Origin: Takakia lepidozioides
Lineage: Eukaryota; Plantae; Bryophyta
Reading direction: 5' to 3'
Assembly: GCA_030704615.1 (NCBI GenBank)
Contig: CM060733.1
Location: forward strand, 75,826,001 to 75,890,000
Length of the DNA stretch: 64,000 nucleotides
The notes below the pieces were generated by a model, which was not told the DNA's origin, searched no databases, and worked only from the letters and a program-made list of their open reading frames with translations. Every line of letters starts with the position of its first letter. The first letter of the stretch is position 1. Shown here in pieces: positions 1 through 14,222 of the stretch. The position numbers and the translations under genes are program-made.

Positions 1-3000
1 GTGCTTTGCTTGGTCACTCTATTTGGCCTGCTTCTTCTTCCTGGTGGAATCCTACTGTTGTAGACACCAGAGGGGGTACGGCTATATAATTTGGTTACGG
101 ATAGAATTGCTTTATGGTCCATGCTTCATTCTAATATCCTCAATAACCCGCAGGTCTCCAACTGGGTTTTAGCTGGTGACTTCAATATGGTCGACAGTTC
201 TCTTGATAGGCTCGGCTCTGCTGCTCAGTCCCTGTCCTTAGATGAGCAATCAGCTTGGGACAATCTTTGCTTCGCAGTTTGGTTCTCGGACACCTTCCAG
301 TCCCAACATTCTTCTCTTAGATTCACCTGGACCAACAATAGAGGCCCTCCTTACGTGCGTACATGGCTAGGTTAGATAGGTTTTATTGCTTCCGCTGGCA
401 GCCACTTGGGCCAGCCCGGTCCCCCTTCCCCCTATCTTTCCGGACTTTGATCATGCGATGGTCTCTTTGGTCTTACATCCTCCTGGTCTTCATTGTAGAG
501 GTAGAAGTTATTTTAAGATGAATCCTCTTCTTCTCAGATCCCCTGATCTCATCCGTAAGCTTGCCACGATTTGGAAGGAGTCTGCCAATGATTTTGCCTC
601 TCCAATGCTTAGATTCCTTCATAAATTGGCTGTTGCTAGGAAACTGGCTCAATCCTTGTCCAAGTCTATGGCCCTTGAAAGATCTAGGAAAGAAAAGGCT
701 CTATTGAAATGCATCTCTCACTGCTAATGGCTCATTGAGTCAAATGTTGTGGGCCCCATCACCTTCCAATCCTAGGCGAGAAGAAACCTGGTAGAGCTTC
801 GTGCTTGCAAGGAAATTAATCTTAAGAGAAAAGCCGGTGTGAATTGGTCCTTGCAAGGTGAAAAAATGACCGCTTATTTTTTCCAAAAAACCAAGCAACG
901 TCAGGCTGCTACCTCCATCTGTTCTCTTAGGGATGGGATGAACTCCCTTCAGACTTGCCCTAAGAAAATGGTTGCCACTGCGGCGGATTATTTGAAGACC
1001 CTCTTTTCACCTCCGTCCGTCTCTGATGTTTCCCTTTCCTACAGAAGCCAGATGCTCAGTATTGTGCCCTGCATTCTCTCCGCGGATGACCAGAATTCTT
1101 TGAACGCCCCCTTTTCAGTGACTTAGTTATTGGAGGCCACTGAAGCTCTAGCTGCGCTTAAATCACCGGGGCTTGATGGTCTTCCTGTAGAATTCTTTAA
1201 ATGCTTATGGTCGGATGTGGGGGAGGATTTCTTGCTCATGGCAAATGACATTCTAGGTAAAGGCATCATGCCTTCTCAGTTATTTCAAGGTGTTATCACT
1301 CTCATTTTCAAAAAAAATGATAGGGATCTTGAATCTTTAATTACAGGCCAATACTCTTGTAAACTCTACTTATAAAATTATTGCTAAAGTCTGGCCTTAC
1401 AGTTGTAGCCCTTCCTCTTCAAGCTAGTGCGTCCGGAACAGACTGGGTTTATGAAAAACCGTATGATCCTCAATAATATTCTCTTGTCTATCGAGGCCCT
1501 TCATGATCTGGCCCACGAGTCCAACCAGCCTTTGGCCTTGCTTATGCTAGACTTTGAAAAAGCTTTCGATAATGTTGATTGGGCTTTTCTTTTGGGTGCT
1601 CTGGAAAAGGTGGGTATCTTGGGGAGTTTCCTCTCTTGGATCAAAATCCTTCTCTATTTAGCCTCCAGTAAGGTAGTGGTAAACGGGGTCCTCTCTTCTT
1701 CCTTTCCCCTTAACGAATCTGTTCGCCAAGGGTGTCCACTTGCTCTCTTTCTTTTTCATATTGCTGTAGATACTCTGGGCACCTTTTGTCTTCCAACCAT
1801 GCCATCCAAGGCCTGAGAATCCCGAGATCTCTGCCTTCCCCTTAGAGCATCAAGGTGTTCGTGTATGCTGACGATATTGTGAGGTTAATCGATAACTCAT
1901 CTGCTTCCAATGTTACTACCTCTCTACAGGCTCTGGACTCGTTTTGTCATGCCTTTGGGCTCAAGGTGAATTGGTCTAAATTTGTTGGTATTTTCTAGTC
2001 CAAGCTTTCCTTGCAGCAGCGGTCTCGCACATAGCTCCCTGGGGTCATGAGCGGGGTCTTCGTTGGCTGCAGCCAGGTCAGGCACACAATCTCCTTGGTC
2101 ACCTTCTGGGTCATGATCTAACTGACTAGCAACGATGTGAGGCGGTGATTTCCAAACTTAAGAGGAAGCTGAGCTACTGGAGCTCTCCTCATCTGTCCAT
2201 CATGGGAAGGGCTCTTATTGTCAATCAGGTGCTTCTGGCCTTAGTTTGGTTTGCTGCTTCTGTCTGGTTCCCAGGATCCATCATAATTAGTCAGATCAAA
2301 TCCTTGGTCAGGAATTTTCTCTGGGGAGCCACCCCTTCTTCTCCTTCCCGCATGGCACTCGTAAGTTTGTCCCAGATAACCCAAAAAAATTATTTTGGCG
2401 GTTTGGGTATTATTGATCCTCTTGTGCAGACTATCTCGCTCCTGACCAAATGGGTTCCCAAGATGCTTATGCATCTCTCTTCTCCTTGGATTTTACATTC
2501 GGAGGTTGAAGAGTCCTCTTTGTTCGCCATTAGAGTTTACTGTCGTGTCTCTGGTAAAATATGTGACCCCTCACCCCTTAGCTGAACATCCAGCACTACT
2601 CTGCTTCTTTCTCTTGGTTTCTGATTGCTCCCTTGCAATTGCTTCAATTCGACTGCGGAATGGCATTGGATGATAAAGACCACCATCCCTTCTTTGCTTA
2701 TTCTGTGAAGCTTGGTTACTCTATTTCTTTTGAGACCACCGGTGATTTTCCGGCTAAGTGGAATGCCAAGTGGAGACACCTTCCCTGCCTCCTGACCAAT
2801 TGGAAATCCATATGGAAAGATGTTTAGACATGGCTGCTAAGCTGAGTGGTTTTTAATGAAAACTGGTCAATAGGATTTTGCCGGTCTTCTCCTTCATTCC
2901 TAACTCCCCACATTCGTGCTCTGTGTGTAACTTTGGAAGCTCTGAGTCTATCGAGCACTGCCTTGTAGAATGCCCTCTGGCTTCTTTTCTACGGAGTCTG

Positions 3001-3720
3001 GTCAGTAAGTTTTACTTCCTTTGGCGTAGGGACTTCTCCATAGATATCTCTGTACTGCTCCTCAACTTGCATGGGGGAATCCCTTGGAGCTCATGTCTTG
3101 TGTGGGCAGCCCTGAGGGCCCACAGTCTATGGAATATCTGGAAGTCTAGATGCTCTCTAGTCTTTGGGGGGGGCGGGTGCAACCTTGCTCTAAGTTGCTG
3201 TTGCACAAAGTTCACTTAGACATAATGTCTGAAGCTAGGAAAACGTGGCGGGTTGTGTGTGCAACTGCTGCTAGATGCGCGAAGGGAAGGCGACTGCAGC
3301 TATTCACTTGCTTTGATAACTCCTACGGAAAAGGCAGGCAACTCTGCTCAAGAACCTCTCAATCAACAATTATTTGGAACGATGGCCTCCCGACATGTTG
3401 GCAGCTCCACTAACGTACAGCAGTCGGCCGAGCCCGAGGAATCTGATGTCAATTGGAGACACAAGCAAACCCTCAGGAAGGGCAAATCTAAGGCCCACCT
3501 CTCCTTTGATTCTTCTAGGCGTAAAAACGACATTGCCTAGTCTATTGGTCTTATTTTAGCTGCGGAACGTTCTTTCTTAGCTTCCTGCGTGTCCCCTAGG
3601 TCGCTGGTTTGGGGGCAGTGTCCCTGTTTCATCCTCCATGGTTTGTACTCTGAGGCTATTTTTTCCTCACTTTCTAATATATTTTGGCCCTTCCAAAAAC
3701 AACAGGATAAAAAGAAAAAA
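1..3720 (+). mobile_element. Decayed non-LTR retrotransposon (LINE, L1/Tx1-like) ORF2: APE endonuclease, reverse transcriptase and zf-RVT, with an A-rich 3' tail
   Basis: Successive broken + strand ORFs carry APE motifs (WVLAGDFNMV, FTWTNN, DHAMV). RT motifs follow: KSPGLDGLPVEFFK, RPEQTGFMKNR, LDFEKAFDNVDW, SVRQGCPL, and YADD at ~1864 (tatgctgacgat). The C-terminal zinc finger reads CSVCNFGSSESIEHCLVECPLA...WNIWKSRC. There are many stops and frameshifts. An A-rich tract lies at ~3694-3720. Confidence 0.93.
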
Positions 3721-3830
3721 CTAATTTTGATATACCATAATGATCTGAGTTTTGCTTAGCCCAAAATAAGCGGTAATAGGGGAGTCTATGGAGAGGAGGG
3801 GGGTGACGATGGATAGGACGGTGGGTGCTC

Positions 3831-4219
3831 AAGGCAGGTTCACACGGCAAAAATCCGTCCGTCCCATCCGGACGTGGCGGCTGCAGCGGGTGTGGCGGGC
3901 CGGGGTCCACCCTTGAGGAACGCGACGGCGAGGAAGGGACGGACGGCCTGGCCACTGTAGGTACTTCCCGCTGTCCGTCGCTGTCCGTCCCATCCCTCAT
4001 TCCTTCTCCCTGGCTATCATGGCTAAAACATGTTTAGGGTTTAGCTGGAGGGCTCTTTATGAGAGCTTCTCTTGCTAAACTTATATGTTGCGTCACGTGT
4101 GTACTATCGCGTGTGAACATGTTGCACCGTCAGTCCCGTCCGTCCCCCTCCACACGTGTGGAGGGCCCACCACTATGGCTAGATGGGACGGACGGATTTT
4201 TGCCGTGTGAACCTGCCTT
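3831..4219. mobile_element. Non-autonomous MITE with 38-bp perfect terminal inverted repeats, PIF/Harbinger-like
   Basis: 3831-3868 aaggcaggttcacacggcaaaaatccgtccgtcccatc is the exact reverse complement of 4182-4219. Internal gggacggacgg/ccgtccgtccc subrepeats are present. A TCA trinucleotide sits near both ends (possible 3-bp TSD, off by one base). The superfamily call is inferred from the AGGCnGGTTCACAC-type end. Confidence 0.8.
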
Positions 4220-7200
4220 TCAGACTGAGCTCAAATGGCGCCCAACAGAGGGGGGACACATTCCATGTTCCGAGCAGATCCGACCGCCTTGCGCATAAGG
4301 AACGCCAGGGGAGACAAGTCAAAGCAGAGGTCCACTTCCCAAGAGCATCAGAGGTCAGACGTCAGAAGCATCACCTGGCACGACTTGACTACCTGCATGA
4401 ACTTGAGCAGAGCAGAGCTAGCCACCATCTTACCGATTACCACGGCCCACCCACGATCGGGGGAGAAGCTAGCTCGCTACAGTGATCTTGGTCGGTTTTC
4501 CGATCTGGGTTCCTTTTTTTATATACATATGGTGAAGTTAAATCTTGGAGGGGGAACAGACTGGAGAGTTGCAGAAAAAAGTGAAGATATTGGCAGAGGT
4601 GGATCAGATAAGGGTGTCCAGAACTTTGATGCCGCAAGCGAAGCCAGCCGAGGCCAGCCACAAATTTTCCTTTCCAGAGGCTCGCTGGAGTGCTATAAAC
4701 TGGGTTGGAACAATTCAAATTTCATCCTCCAAAGACATGTCGTCACTGAACAAGAGTTGTAGTGCACCACATGTATAGCTAGGAAGTGAAGTGATCAGCG
4801 GCCTCCGCTGTCTTATTATATCTAATGCTACTTAAGACGATAATGTGAGGTGGGCCCCCCTTCTCGAGATTTCTCCATTTATACGTCTCCTAAATCTCTT
4901 CTCTCAATGCTGTGCTCTCTCCATGCTCGCTCCCCTCTCTCCCATCAGGCGACCTACCCCCGCTCTGCACTTCACTTCTAGCGCGTAGGCCTCTTCTCAG
5001 TGTCTGCAGCTTATATATGAGCTATATATCTAATGCGATATTGTTCTTCGAGTATGATGTCGATGCAGATCTGAGCCGGGTTCCCCCACTCCTTTTCTCT
5101 ATTTGTTTGTCTGAGCCCTACTCTTCATGTTCCTCTGCAGCTGATCGGCCCGGCTCTATCTTTCACCGGAGCTTCGGTGCTAAAATCAACTCAATCTGAA
5201 GATTGATCTCGAATAGGCTGCGATCTTGTACATTGTGAAAGATTCGGATCTTGCTTGGTCTGAGTTAGATGTTTTCGGACATCTATTAAACTTCTGCCTC
5301 CAATGTTGGTGGGTCCTATCAGTAGTCTTGTTCCGGTGATCTTGTGCTTTGTACTAGTTTGCATGATTCCTTGGTTTTTCGTGTCAACAGATTTCAGATT
5401 ATTGGAATTTTTCTGAGCCCATATATATGTTTTGTACGCTGAGTCAACGTACATATCCTCTTGACATGACAAGATCTAGATGTCTTACCGGTCAGCTTCT
5501 ATGCAACGGTAATCAGTGAATGTTTAACAGCCTCGGCAGGAATTCTAGATGGACAAGCTCTCTTTTGCTTAGTGTCTCAGTGCTCACTGTGAAAAAGTAA
5601 ACGACCTCAATGGGCGACTTGTTAGAATTCCTGTTTTAGTTTCGATCGTTTTACATCAAGGTCGCGCTTTGAAGCAGAGTTGAAGCAGGATTTGGAGCAT
5701 TCGCTTATGGTTTTGACAATGAACAGGCTCTGAACAGGCACACAAACTTAGACAAGCGAACAAAGGTCAACCTTACAAAGAAGAGCACTTGGGACTTCAG
5801 ACATGCACCACCGACGAACAACGAGGATTCAGACAATGGTTGGTCGAGTTGCCAAGCTCAGGAGGGATAGCGCCAGCTACTTTGGCCTTCGGCGCGTATA
5901 ATTATCTGCTTTGTATGTTATTTGTATATATTGCTCTGGAACTCGAGAACACTCGTCTGTCCTTTAATCAGGGTTTATTCTTCGATGTTCAAGGTGGATA
6001 GGACTGTATAATTTTCTCCCACATCTGGCGATCGGAGGCTAACAAGTCTGCATCCCTTGTAATTAAGTACACACCAGACTCGACGCAACGGCGTGTGGAG
6101 CTTTGTCTCAGCTTTGTTCTGTCAGTCCTTGTACGAGGAATTTTCCAGGATAAGTGCTTGTCCTGGTTATGTACTTGATAGTGCTAATGGATGCTTAATT
6201 AGAGCGACACAGAGGTTGATGAGTTAAGCGCTATCCATTCTGAGCTTTGCAACTGTGCCATCCTGACTTGGAAGCTGCTTTGGATCCCTAGCGATGGATT
6301 ACTAGAAGTGATACTACTCCTTCCCTGTTACAAGTGGTTGTGGTAATAATATCTGGATCTAACATCTGAGGTAAGCCTATTTTCCAGATTCCTGACGTTG
6401 GGATTAGTGCAGCGAGTTGGGATTCGACAGGTGTGACACATGCGATTGCCTAACTTGATCATTTAGAACTGCTGTCCAGATATTATAGCAATGTAAATGT
6501 ACCTGAGAATATCAGATCTAGGTATTGAAATGTAGGGCTCTCGGCTAGTCTAGTCAATCAGTGTGGATGGCTACGGATTGACATGAGACCAGTTGGCTGG
6601 ATCTCTATTGGCTCCAATCAGGATCGGACGGGACGGAGGGACACTAATGATGTCCACCCTTATTGGATCGGGCGATCTAGGGCTACTAGCTACACAGGGG
6701 TATAGCTTTTTGGAAAGCTTCCTGCACAAGAAATGGTGGATGAACTTTGTGCTGACCTGGAGAAAGTCCTCGATCTGGTCCTGCTTTGGAACCGATCATA
6801 AAGATTTCTACATCTTCGGACGAGCTCTGCAAGAGAGTCTACATTTGATTGGTGCCAAGTGTATTATCTAGTTCCATCAAGAAACAAAACCTTTTGGTGC
6901 TCGCTCATGAGGATGGAAGCTGGTGTTCAAGGAAGTTCGACCAGAATATGTCGACGAATTGCCGAGTAGCTCCCTCATGTGGAAGTCATAGCTGATCTTG
7001 TTGAAGTCAGGCTGTACTTACCACCCCACAGGTCATGATCCTAGTCTGCATAAACAACATGGTGTACTCTAAGGCAATGGGTCGAAGAGATGTTTGGCGG
7101 AACATATTATTTTATTTGATGTCTATTGCACTCTCAAGTTTCCGGTGTTGACTTAATCAGTCGTCTTCACATACGTACAGAGAATTCACTTCTCTTGAGA

Positions 7201-8900
7201 CTAGTTTAATAATACCTTGGGACTCTTACGGATCTGCTGAACTGTGGTTATCCTAGCCAATTGATGTACGTGTGCGCTGCTACAGGCCATTGAAGACCAA
7301 TTCTCTTATCTACTTATACATTGTCTTGTGGGTGCCAAATCAGTGATAAAAAAATGGGCTTGAAGTCTCAGGGAAAAAATCTGCGTGAAGTTAGATCTTC
7401 AGATCAGGACTTCCAGATACTGGGTTGAGCTCTCACATGGCCACCTGCTGATTCTTGTTCTAAGCCCTACCCCACTTGCTCACACTTTTCTATGACAATT
7501 GAACGTACCACGACCTTCACATCTCACGGACCCAGCCCGCAGTATGGCCTTATGAGCTTATATATCGTGCTCCTGCAGACGGGATCTGGCTGCTGTCGAC
7601 CCGTCATCAAACATGAGAGCTCCTTGTGAATTTCAGCGATGGGTGACGCTGAAAGGAGATGATGTTTGCATATTCTCAGTACTAATTCAATCCATGTTAA
7701 GTGGTTTGAGTTTTAGAGTTGTGCGTGCGTGATTTGACAACAAGTACTGATCGGCGATCTGAATATTGTCTTCATTTTTCGTTTGAGAGTCATACTCACT
7801 GCGAACAAGTCCCTGTCGCCACCATAAATAACACCTACAAACTACAAAGTTGAGAATTTGAGAAAACCCAAGATTTAAACTGAACTCATACATACGAGTA
7901 TGGCCCAGCGTAGAGCATTTCCTCTTACTTCTCCACAGTTTGGAATTGTTGTTCGGAGGAAAAGAAAAGTGTATGGAAAATTTTGAAGTGTCGAGGTCTC
8001 CTTGACCGTGGACCTGTGTTTCCGAGTTCTGTTGCAAGAAAACAGCTGCTAAAGCTTGAAATAAGGGTAACCATGAAATTTGTGATGAAAGGAACTCCAA
8101 AATGTTTCGTTTAGCTTCACCAGAAACAAAACAAATTGGGTTTGATGTTAAACAATCTCTTTCCCTCCTCGCTCTCACTCTCCATCGTTGCTGTGCTGGG
8201 TGTGAGAGATACGCAGACGTGGCAGACAGACTCTGCCTATCCGTGAAGTTTGTGGGGTCATCAAGGTCCTTGTTCTGACAATGGTCTCCTCTGTGTCCTA
8301 ATACTCTCTACTTGTGTTTACCCTCTCACTCCTTTTGAGGCTGTCTTCGTGTTGTGAGCTGGGTTATTCTCCAGTCCATTACTTCTCTTGTTAGCGGGTT
8401 TTTGGAATATGATGTCGGGCGGTCGGGCGGGCGGGGCGGCGGGGGCTGAAGATGGTGGCATCTGAAGCCCTACTTGTCTGTCTAGGAGCACTTGCTCTTG
8501 TCTTCACCAATCCCCGCTGTGAAACTGAGGAATGATACAGGGGATCTTTTGTTGTGTGCCTTTCCCTGCCTGCCGCTCTCCTCCATGTTTCGTTCTCCTT
8601 CCAGTATTGTCAGGGCCCCATCTCTTTGCAAAACCCTATGACCTCGGAGGAGAGGTGGCGAAAAGTGGCCGAGGCAAGGCCCGTGAGCTTTTCGTGATTC
8701 GAAGCAGAGAGAGCGAAAGTTGTCAGTCTTAGCATCACCAGAGTGAAACATACGTTGCCTTTCTTAGTGACATAGCCCCATGACTCAGGGTTTGACTTGT
8801 AATTCGTCTAACACGCGGTTAGGTTTTTGAAAGTGAGGGTAGAACACAGGGAAAACCAATCCCTTCACACGATCTCTCTGGAAATCAAGGTAATTGAAGG

Positions 8901-11900
8901 ATGAACATATTCAAGAAGAAGCCCAGCGCGAAAGGTAATGTTCTCAACGCCAAGATGTTTAACCCATCGCCTTCCCTTCTCAAAGCCCTTTCTGCATTGC
9001 AAAATGTATGCCCTAGTTATCCTCAAATTAGTGGAAGCCTATCTTTCAGGGTCCTACTGTTGCACAAAGACACAAACGTCCATTACGTGGGGACACGCAC
9101 TCTCTCTTTCTCCCTCTGTGCAGGTACTGGTGTCCGAAAGAAAACTGAGTGGTATCAAATAGATTACATGCTCAACAAATCATGTCCTGTCTTTGGTATG
9201 AGGATTGCACATTTGTGTCACCACGTCTCTTATGAAGCTGAGCTGAATTGCAAGAAACGTACAAAAGATCTCTAGTATCAGGGTTGGGTAAAACCTCGTG
9301 TGAACTTAGCACCAGGCTTCTTATGTGCAGGGGATGCGGGTATATTTCGTCATCATGCTGCCCCATAACCATCCACCTCCCAGCGATGCTACAGCCAATA
9401 AATTATATGTTCAAAGGGAACCCTTAGTTTGTTGGAAGTTGTTAGGGAGAAGAATGCCCAAGTGTACGTAGATGCTTACATTGCAGTCTCATGGGCTGAT
9501 GAGAGCTTGTCGTTTTGCACAGAAGCACTACGTGTAAGCAAGCGGGAGATGTCTGTTGCTACACGAGGTAACGTCTCATGTCTATCCAAGTTCAACTTGA
9601 CTTCAAAGCAATGAGTAGGAGACAAGGTCCCACGGGCAGAGTGGCTTAGATGTAACCACTCATTGACAGTTGTGCTATTTGACACCGCAGAATTGTCACA
9701 GGCAGTCATGGATAGTTACTGGGCCTTTTGCACATCCAACAAGTTTGGTTAGGTTGGGAAGGCTTCGGTCAACAGTGATACAGACTACTGGTACCATCAT
9801 TATGTTGATGTATTTCCTGGAACAACCGGCAAATGGCAGTTCCCCAACCAGATTCAGCGTCCACATGCTGAATGTTGCCAGCCTTTCAAATTATGCAGTG
9901 TCACTAGCTACTGCAAGGGCCATGAAAGATTGTTTGACCTTGGGACAAGTCATTACTTTCTTTTGCAATGGTCACACATTGTGGTCGGTGCATTTCACAG
10001 GAATTGAGCGCGAGATTGCAAGCTTACAACTAGAGGTACCCCCCAACAATTTGTAAACACCCCCAAGGGGTCTGTATGTTTCTGTGTGTGTCTGTCCTGC
10101 ATGGCCCTTCTGTAGGAGAATGGCCAGACTTTAAGTGGGATAGAGAATTGAAGACCCTTTGTAAGTTCAGGAACTGTGACATACCAGGGGGACAACTTCG
10201 TATTGGTCCTGGCAAACATCACCTAAAGTGGAATCTGGTGGGAAATTTTTGAGCTACAAGCTTCTCCCTATGGAGTTATTGAACACCAAACAATGAGCTC
10301 AAACAAGTGGGAGCAAGTTCTGGAAACTTCAGACACCAGAATGGAAGAGTCTATAAGGCCACAGCTTCCATCATCATACAGGTGATGGGAGCCTGTCCAG
10401 CCCAAACATTGTGCTGTGAGAGTGGCATCTGATATGAGATCCTGGCTGTGGAGCTCAAGTTGTATATGCGGGCACTGCTGGTAAGTTGATTTCATGGCCA
10501 TCTTATGGACGAATGTGGTTGCAGGAGAAGAAGCTCGTTGCGGAGATAAAGAAGACAGCAAAGACTGGAAATGAGGTATATTTCAGCTGGTTGAATAATC
10601 TCATCCCATCGTCTAATTAATGTCATCACTTAGCCTGTCTTTAAAAGAGAAGTGTCACTAGGTCCTTTACAAAAGATATCCACTCTTCGTGGGCTTCTAG
10701 GGCTTAGTCTCTTCCGAAGATTCATCGGGTACACCTTTGCAAGCTGTTTGGCAGCGAAGTATTGTTTGGTGTTGCCCTATTCCCCTGTATTCTGCAGACT
10801 TGGTATTCAAGGTTAGTGTGGCTTTCATTGGAAATGTGGCCTAGTCAGTGCTACAGGACTGTGACTCACAACAGTGGTGATCATAGTTTTTAACAATGTT
10901 TGCTGGAGGAGTGCAGGCGGCCACCAAGATATTAGCACGGCAGCTAATACGGTTACGACAGCAGATTGCCAAGCTGCAGGGTAGTCGGGCCCAGATGCGG
11001 GGGGTGGCAACTCATACACAGGTGAAGGGAAGGGAAGAGGGAGGGTGACAGAGATTGGTCAGCAAGGGGATATTTGCAGTTTCTATGGTTCATTTGGATG
11101 TGTTCTTGAACAAAGCCATGGACATCTGCCCAAGTATCACTTTTTCTGTGCATCATCATGGGATTTTGCTGGGGATTGGGAAACAGGCAATGCATGCCAA
11201 CACAGCAGTAGCGGGTGCCATGAAGGGGGCAACCAAGGCCATGTCCTCCATGAACAAGGTTGGATTCTCTATGTAGAGGAGGATGGCAGTTTGGTCTGTC
11301 TTTTTGCTAATCATAGGACCTAGCTTTTTTAGAATAGTCCTTTTCAGAACCTCTAGTGTCGGATGACTTAATTTGTGGTGGTTGGAGTCGATTTCCTCCT
11401 GATACACGGAAGTTGGTTGCAAATGTAACTGTTGCTGCTGGTAACTGCTAGCACTGGTCATGTAGGGCTGGCTTGGTTGGGCAGAGCTATGGGGTGTCTA
11501 TGTATACCTGGTCATCTGGCAAGCAAGGATACCTTTCATTAGACCATGGCCTTAAAAGAGTTAGCGCCACAAAGGTATTAGAGAGTTTTTTGGAGGGAGA
11601 TTTGTAATATGTGAATTATGCCATAGTGACAGATAGCAAAAGAGGGAGATTTTGTCTATCAGTCAAGCAGTAACATGTTTGTATCAAATGTGAAACAGCA
11701 AATGGAGCCAGCAAAGCAGGCCAAAGTGATGCAAGAGTTCCAGCGACAGTCAGCTCAAATGGACATGACGGCAAGGAGATATTTGTGTTTCTTGCTTCTC
11801 TTTTAGCCCATGTGGTGTTACCAAAGTCATCTTTGAACCAGCCATATTTGGCTTCAAGGCATGGATGTTCTCTGAGTTGGTAATGGGGGAAAGAGGAAAG

Positions 11901-13693
11901 AGGAGGGAAATACTAACCAGTCTTAAACTAGAGTTCTTCTCTGCAGAAGTATATCAGACTTCCCTCTTTACAACCTGTCAATGCTGTGGTTTATAGTTCT
12001 GGTTACAAGCTACTTAGGTGTAGTATCACATTCTTTCATGTGCAAATGTGTGTCTTTGACCAGAACAGACAGAGATGATGTCGGACTCTATTGATGATGC
12101 ATTGGACGATGACGAAGCAGAGGAGGAGACAGACGAGCTCACTAACCAGGTACTTTCACGTTCTGGGGCATGCTGCTGAGAATTCTTTTCAGAGGCTATA
12201 TCACCTAATCTACCCTCAATTGCAACCACTCACACTATTCAGGTCTTAACATGATATACTCTTCCCTGTCCTTGTATGAATACTTCTCTCTCTTCTGGGT
12301 TTATGGCACTCTCCTCTCACTCGTCCAGGTCACTCTTCTTCTGAGGTAGGAATGGCAATCTAGGCATTCATAGCTCCACCTCTGATACACTTGGAATGTG
12401 GTTGTATGTTGATGCAGGTCCTTGATGAAATCGGAATAGACGTTGCAGCTCAGGTAAGGCAACTCTCTCTGATTACAACATCAGCCTTATCTGTCCCTAA
12501 TAGACCCTCTTTTATCAGCCAATGATTCATTTGAACTGGAGAATATATCTCTCTTCAGAATTTAAAGTGTCAAACAATTGGAGGGAATCAATTCGAAGGT
12601 GATGATCCAAAAAAGGGTGCTGCCAGATGACGAACTGGTTTGTCCAAAGAGAAGGATCCATTGATACTGCCGAGCACTCACCCGTGTGCATAAGTGTAGG
12701 TTATAGTAGTTCATAGAAGGGTAAATTGGAAGGGAAAGACTCATGTGAGTCGTATTTTGGATCAATCTGCAGTTATCATCTGCACCGAAGGGCAAGCTTG
12801 CAGGCAAGGCATGGGCTCAAGACGCCGAGAGGTACAGGTCTTATAAACATTGGAAACCATAACATATCCATATCTTTTGCAGGTCTCATGTGCACATCTC
12901 TTTGGATGGAGTCATCAGTTTGCCTGAAGGTGTATTGCTGGCTGTCTGTGTCTTTCTCTGTCTTCTGGGCAAGAGCTGGCAACAGAAAGATGTATCTCTA
13001 GTTTGTACAAATATGAAAGTAGAGAGTTTCTCGTGCGATCTGGGGAAGAGCATGAACATATCCATGCCTTAAACTTAGACAATTATGAGTGCCTTTGTCT
13101 CTCTTTCTCTGTCTTCACAGAGGACCCCTGGCCGCAAGGCTCGAGTGTCTCTTGAATAATCCATCCCTCTCTCCCTCTCTCCCTCTCTCATGTGGACGTG
13201 ATAGAGCACTTCCTTTGTATCTTGTTGTCAGGTCTGGGTTAGTGCAATGACAAGGGCCGACTCTCCACATGAATGTCTCCACAGGACCACATGACCATGT
13301 TATATTCCACATTTGGAATATTGCACATGCTTTAGAGCCTCATGTCAATGCCATGCATACATAAATACTAGTTGCCCATAGCTGGATCGCTGCTGGATGT
13401 GTGCGGGCTCTAACAAATTCAGGTTGAGTGACATTTCACCTGGTGACTGAACCCCCCCACAACTGGCTCTGGGAGAGGTAAAGACTAAGGGGTAAAGACA
13501 TTGAAGAACCTTATAGCCAATGGTTGTAGGAAACACTTCATGAGAGCGTTCTCTCACTCTTCTCTCCACAGAAAAACACTTTGTATTTGAATCATAAAAT
13601 TCTGCTTATATTCTGACGGGAGTTGTGAATGATGGGAACAGCTCTGGAGTGGACAATCTGGAGCAGAGACTGGCAGCATTGCGCCATGCTTGA
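8901..13693 (+). CDS. VPS2: Vacuolar protein sorting 2 (ESCRT-III Snf7-family, CHMP2; VPS2.2/2.3-type), 11 coding exons
   Basis: Exons: 8901-8934, 9523-9567, 10001-10035, 10525-10575, 10917-11021, 11187-11258, 11699-11770, 12069-12149, 12418-12453, 12773-12831, 13642-13693. They splice in frame to MNIFKKKPSAKEALRVSKREMSVATRGIEREIASLQLEEKKLVAEIKKTAKTGNEAATKILARQL...QSAQMDMTTEMMSDSIDDALDDDEAEEETDELTNQVLDEIGIDVAAQLSSAPKGK...VDNLEQRLAALRHA*. The C-terminus is a MIM1-like helix. Confidence 0.96.
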
Positions 13694-14222
13694 TATGGTG
13701 AGGTATCTAAACACAAGGTTCCAAGCTATAGCATTTATTCTCAGCGGTCTTGTGTCTGGTTTGTATATATCATGCAAAACCAGACATCACTAGAACAGTG
13801 TCCCACTCACTATTGTTGCTGTGGCACTATTTTTCTACCTTTGATATAGAATGCTCTGGTTGGCTGAACAGAGTCATGTATCACATTGGTGATAAGATTA
13901 CCCCATTTTGAGTTGGACAAGAGTTTAATCCTCTTGTATGGACAGTTGCGTACCTAGACACTTTATCACATAAATTCATTGACATGATGTCTGCTGGTCT
14001 AAACCATCACACAACTATTGAAGCAAGAAATCAACAATATACCAGTGTCAATGGCAAAGTCATGCGGTTTACTGATTAAATCCAAAATCTTTGAGCTTCT
14101 GTCAATTGATTAATTCTGAGGGGTAGGTATATGAAGCTGCATTATATCCTACAAACCAATGTGGTAATCTCCCTTAACTTACACATGGCTGCAAGGGTTA
14201 TCAGACGGGTAAATAAACATAT

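Noticed and set aside
4360-4480. SITWHDLTTCMNLSRAELATILPI resembles the start of an RWP-RK domain
   Set aside because: The diagnostic LKxxCRxxGIxRWPxRK half is not present in any frame I could read, so it is too weak to call.
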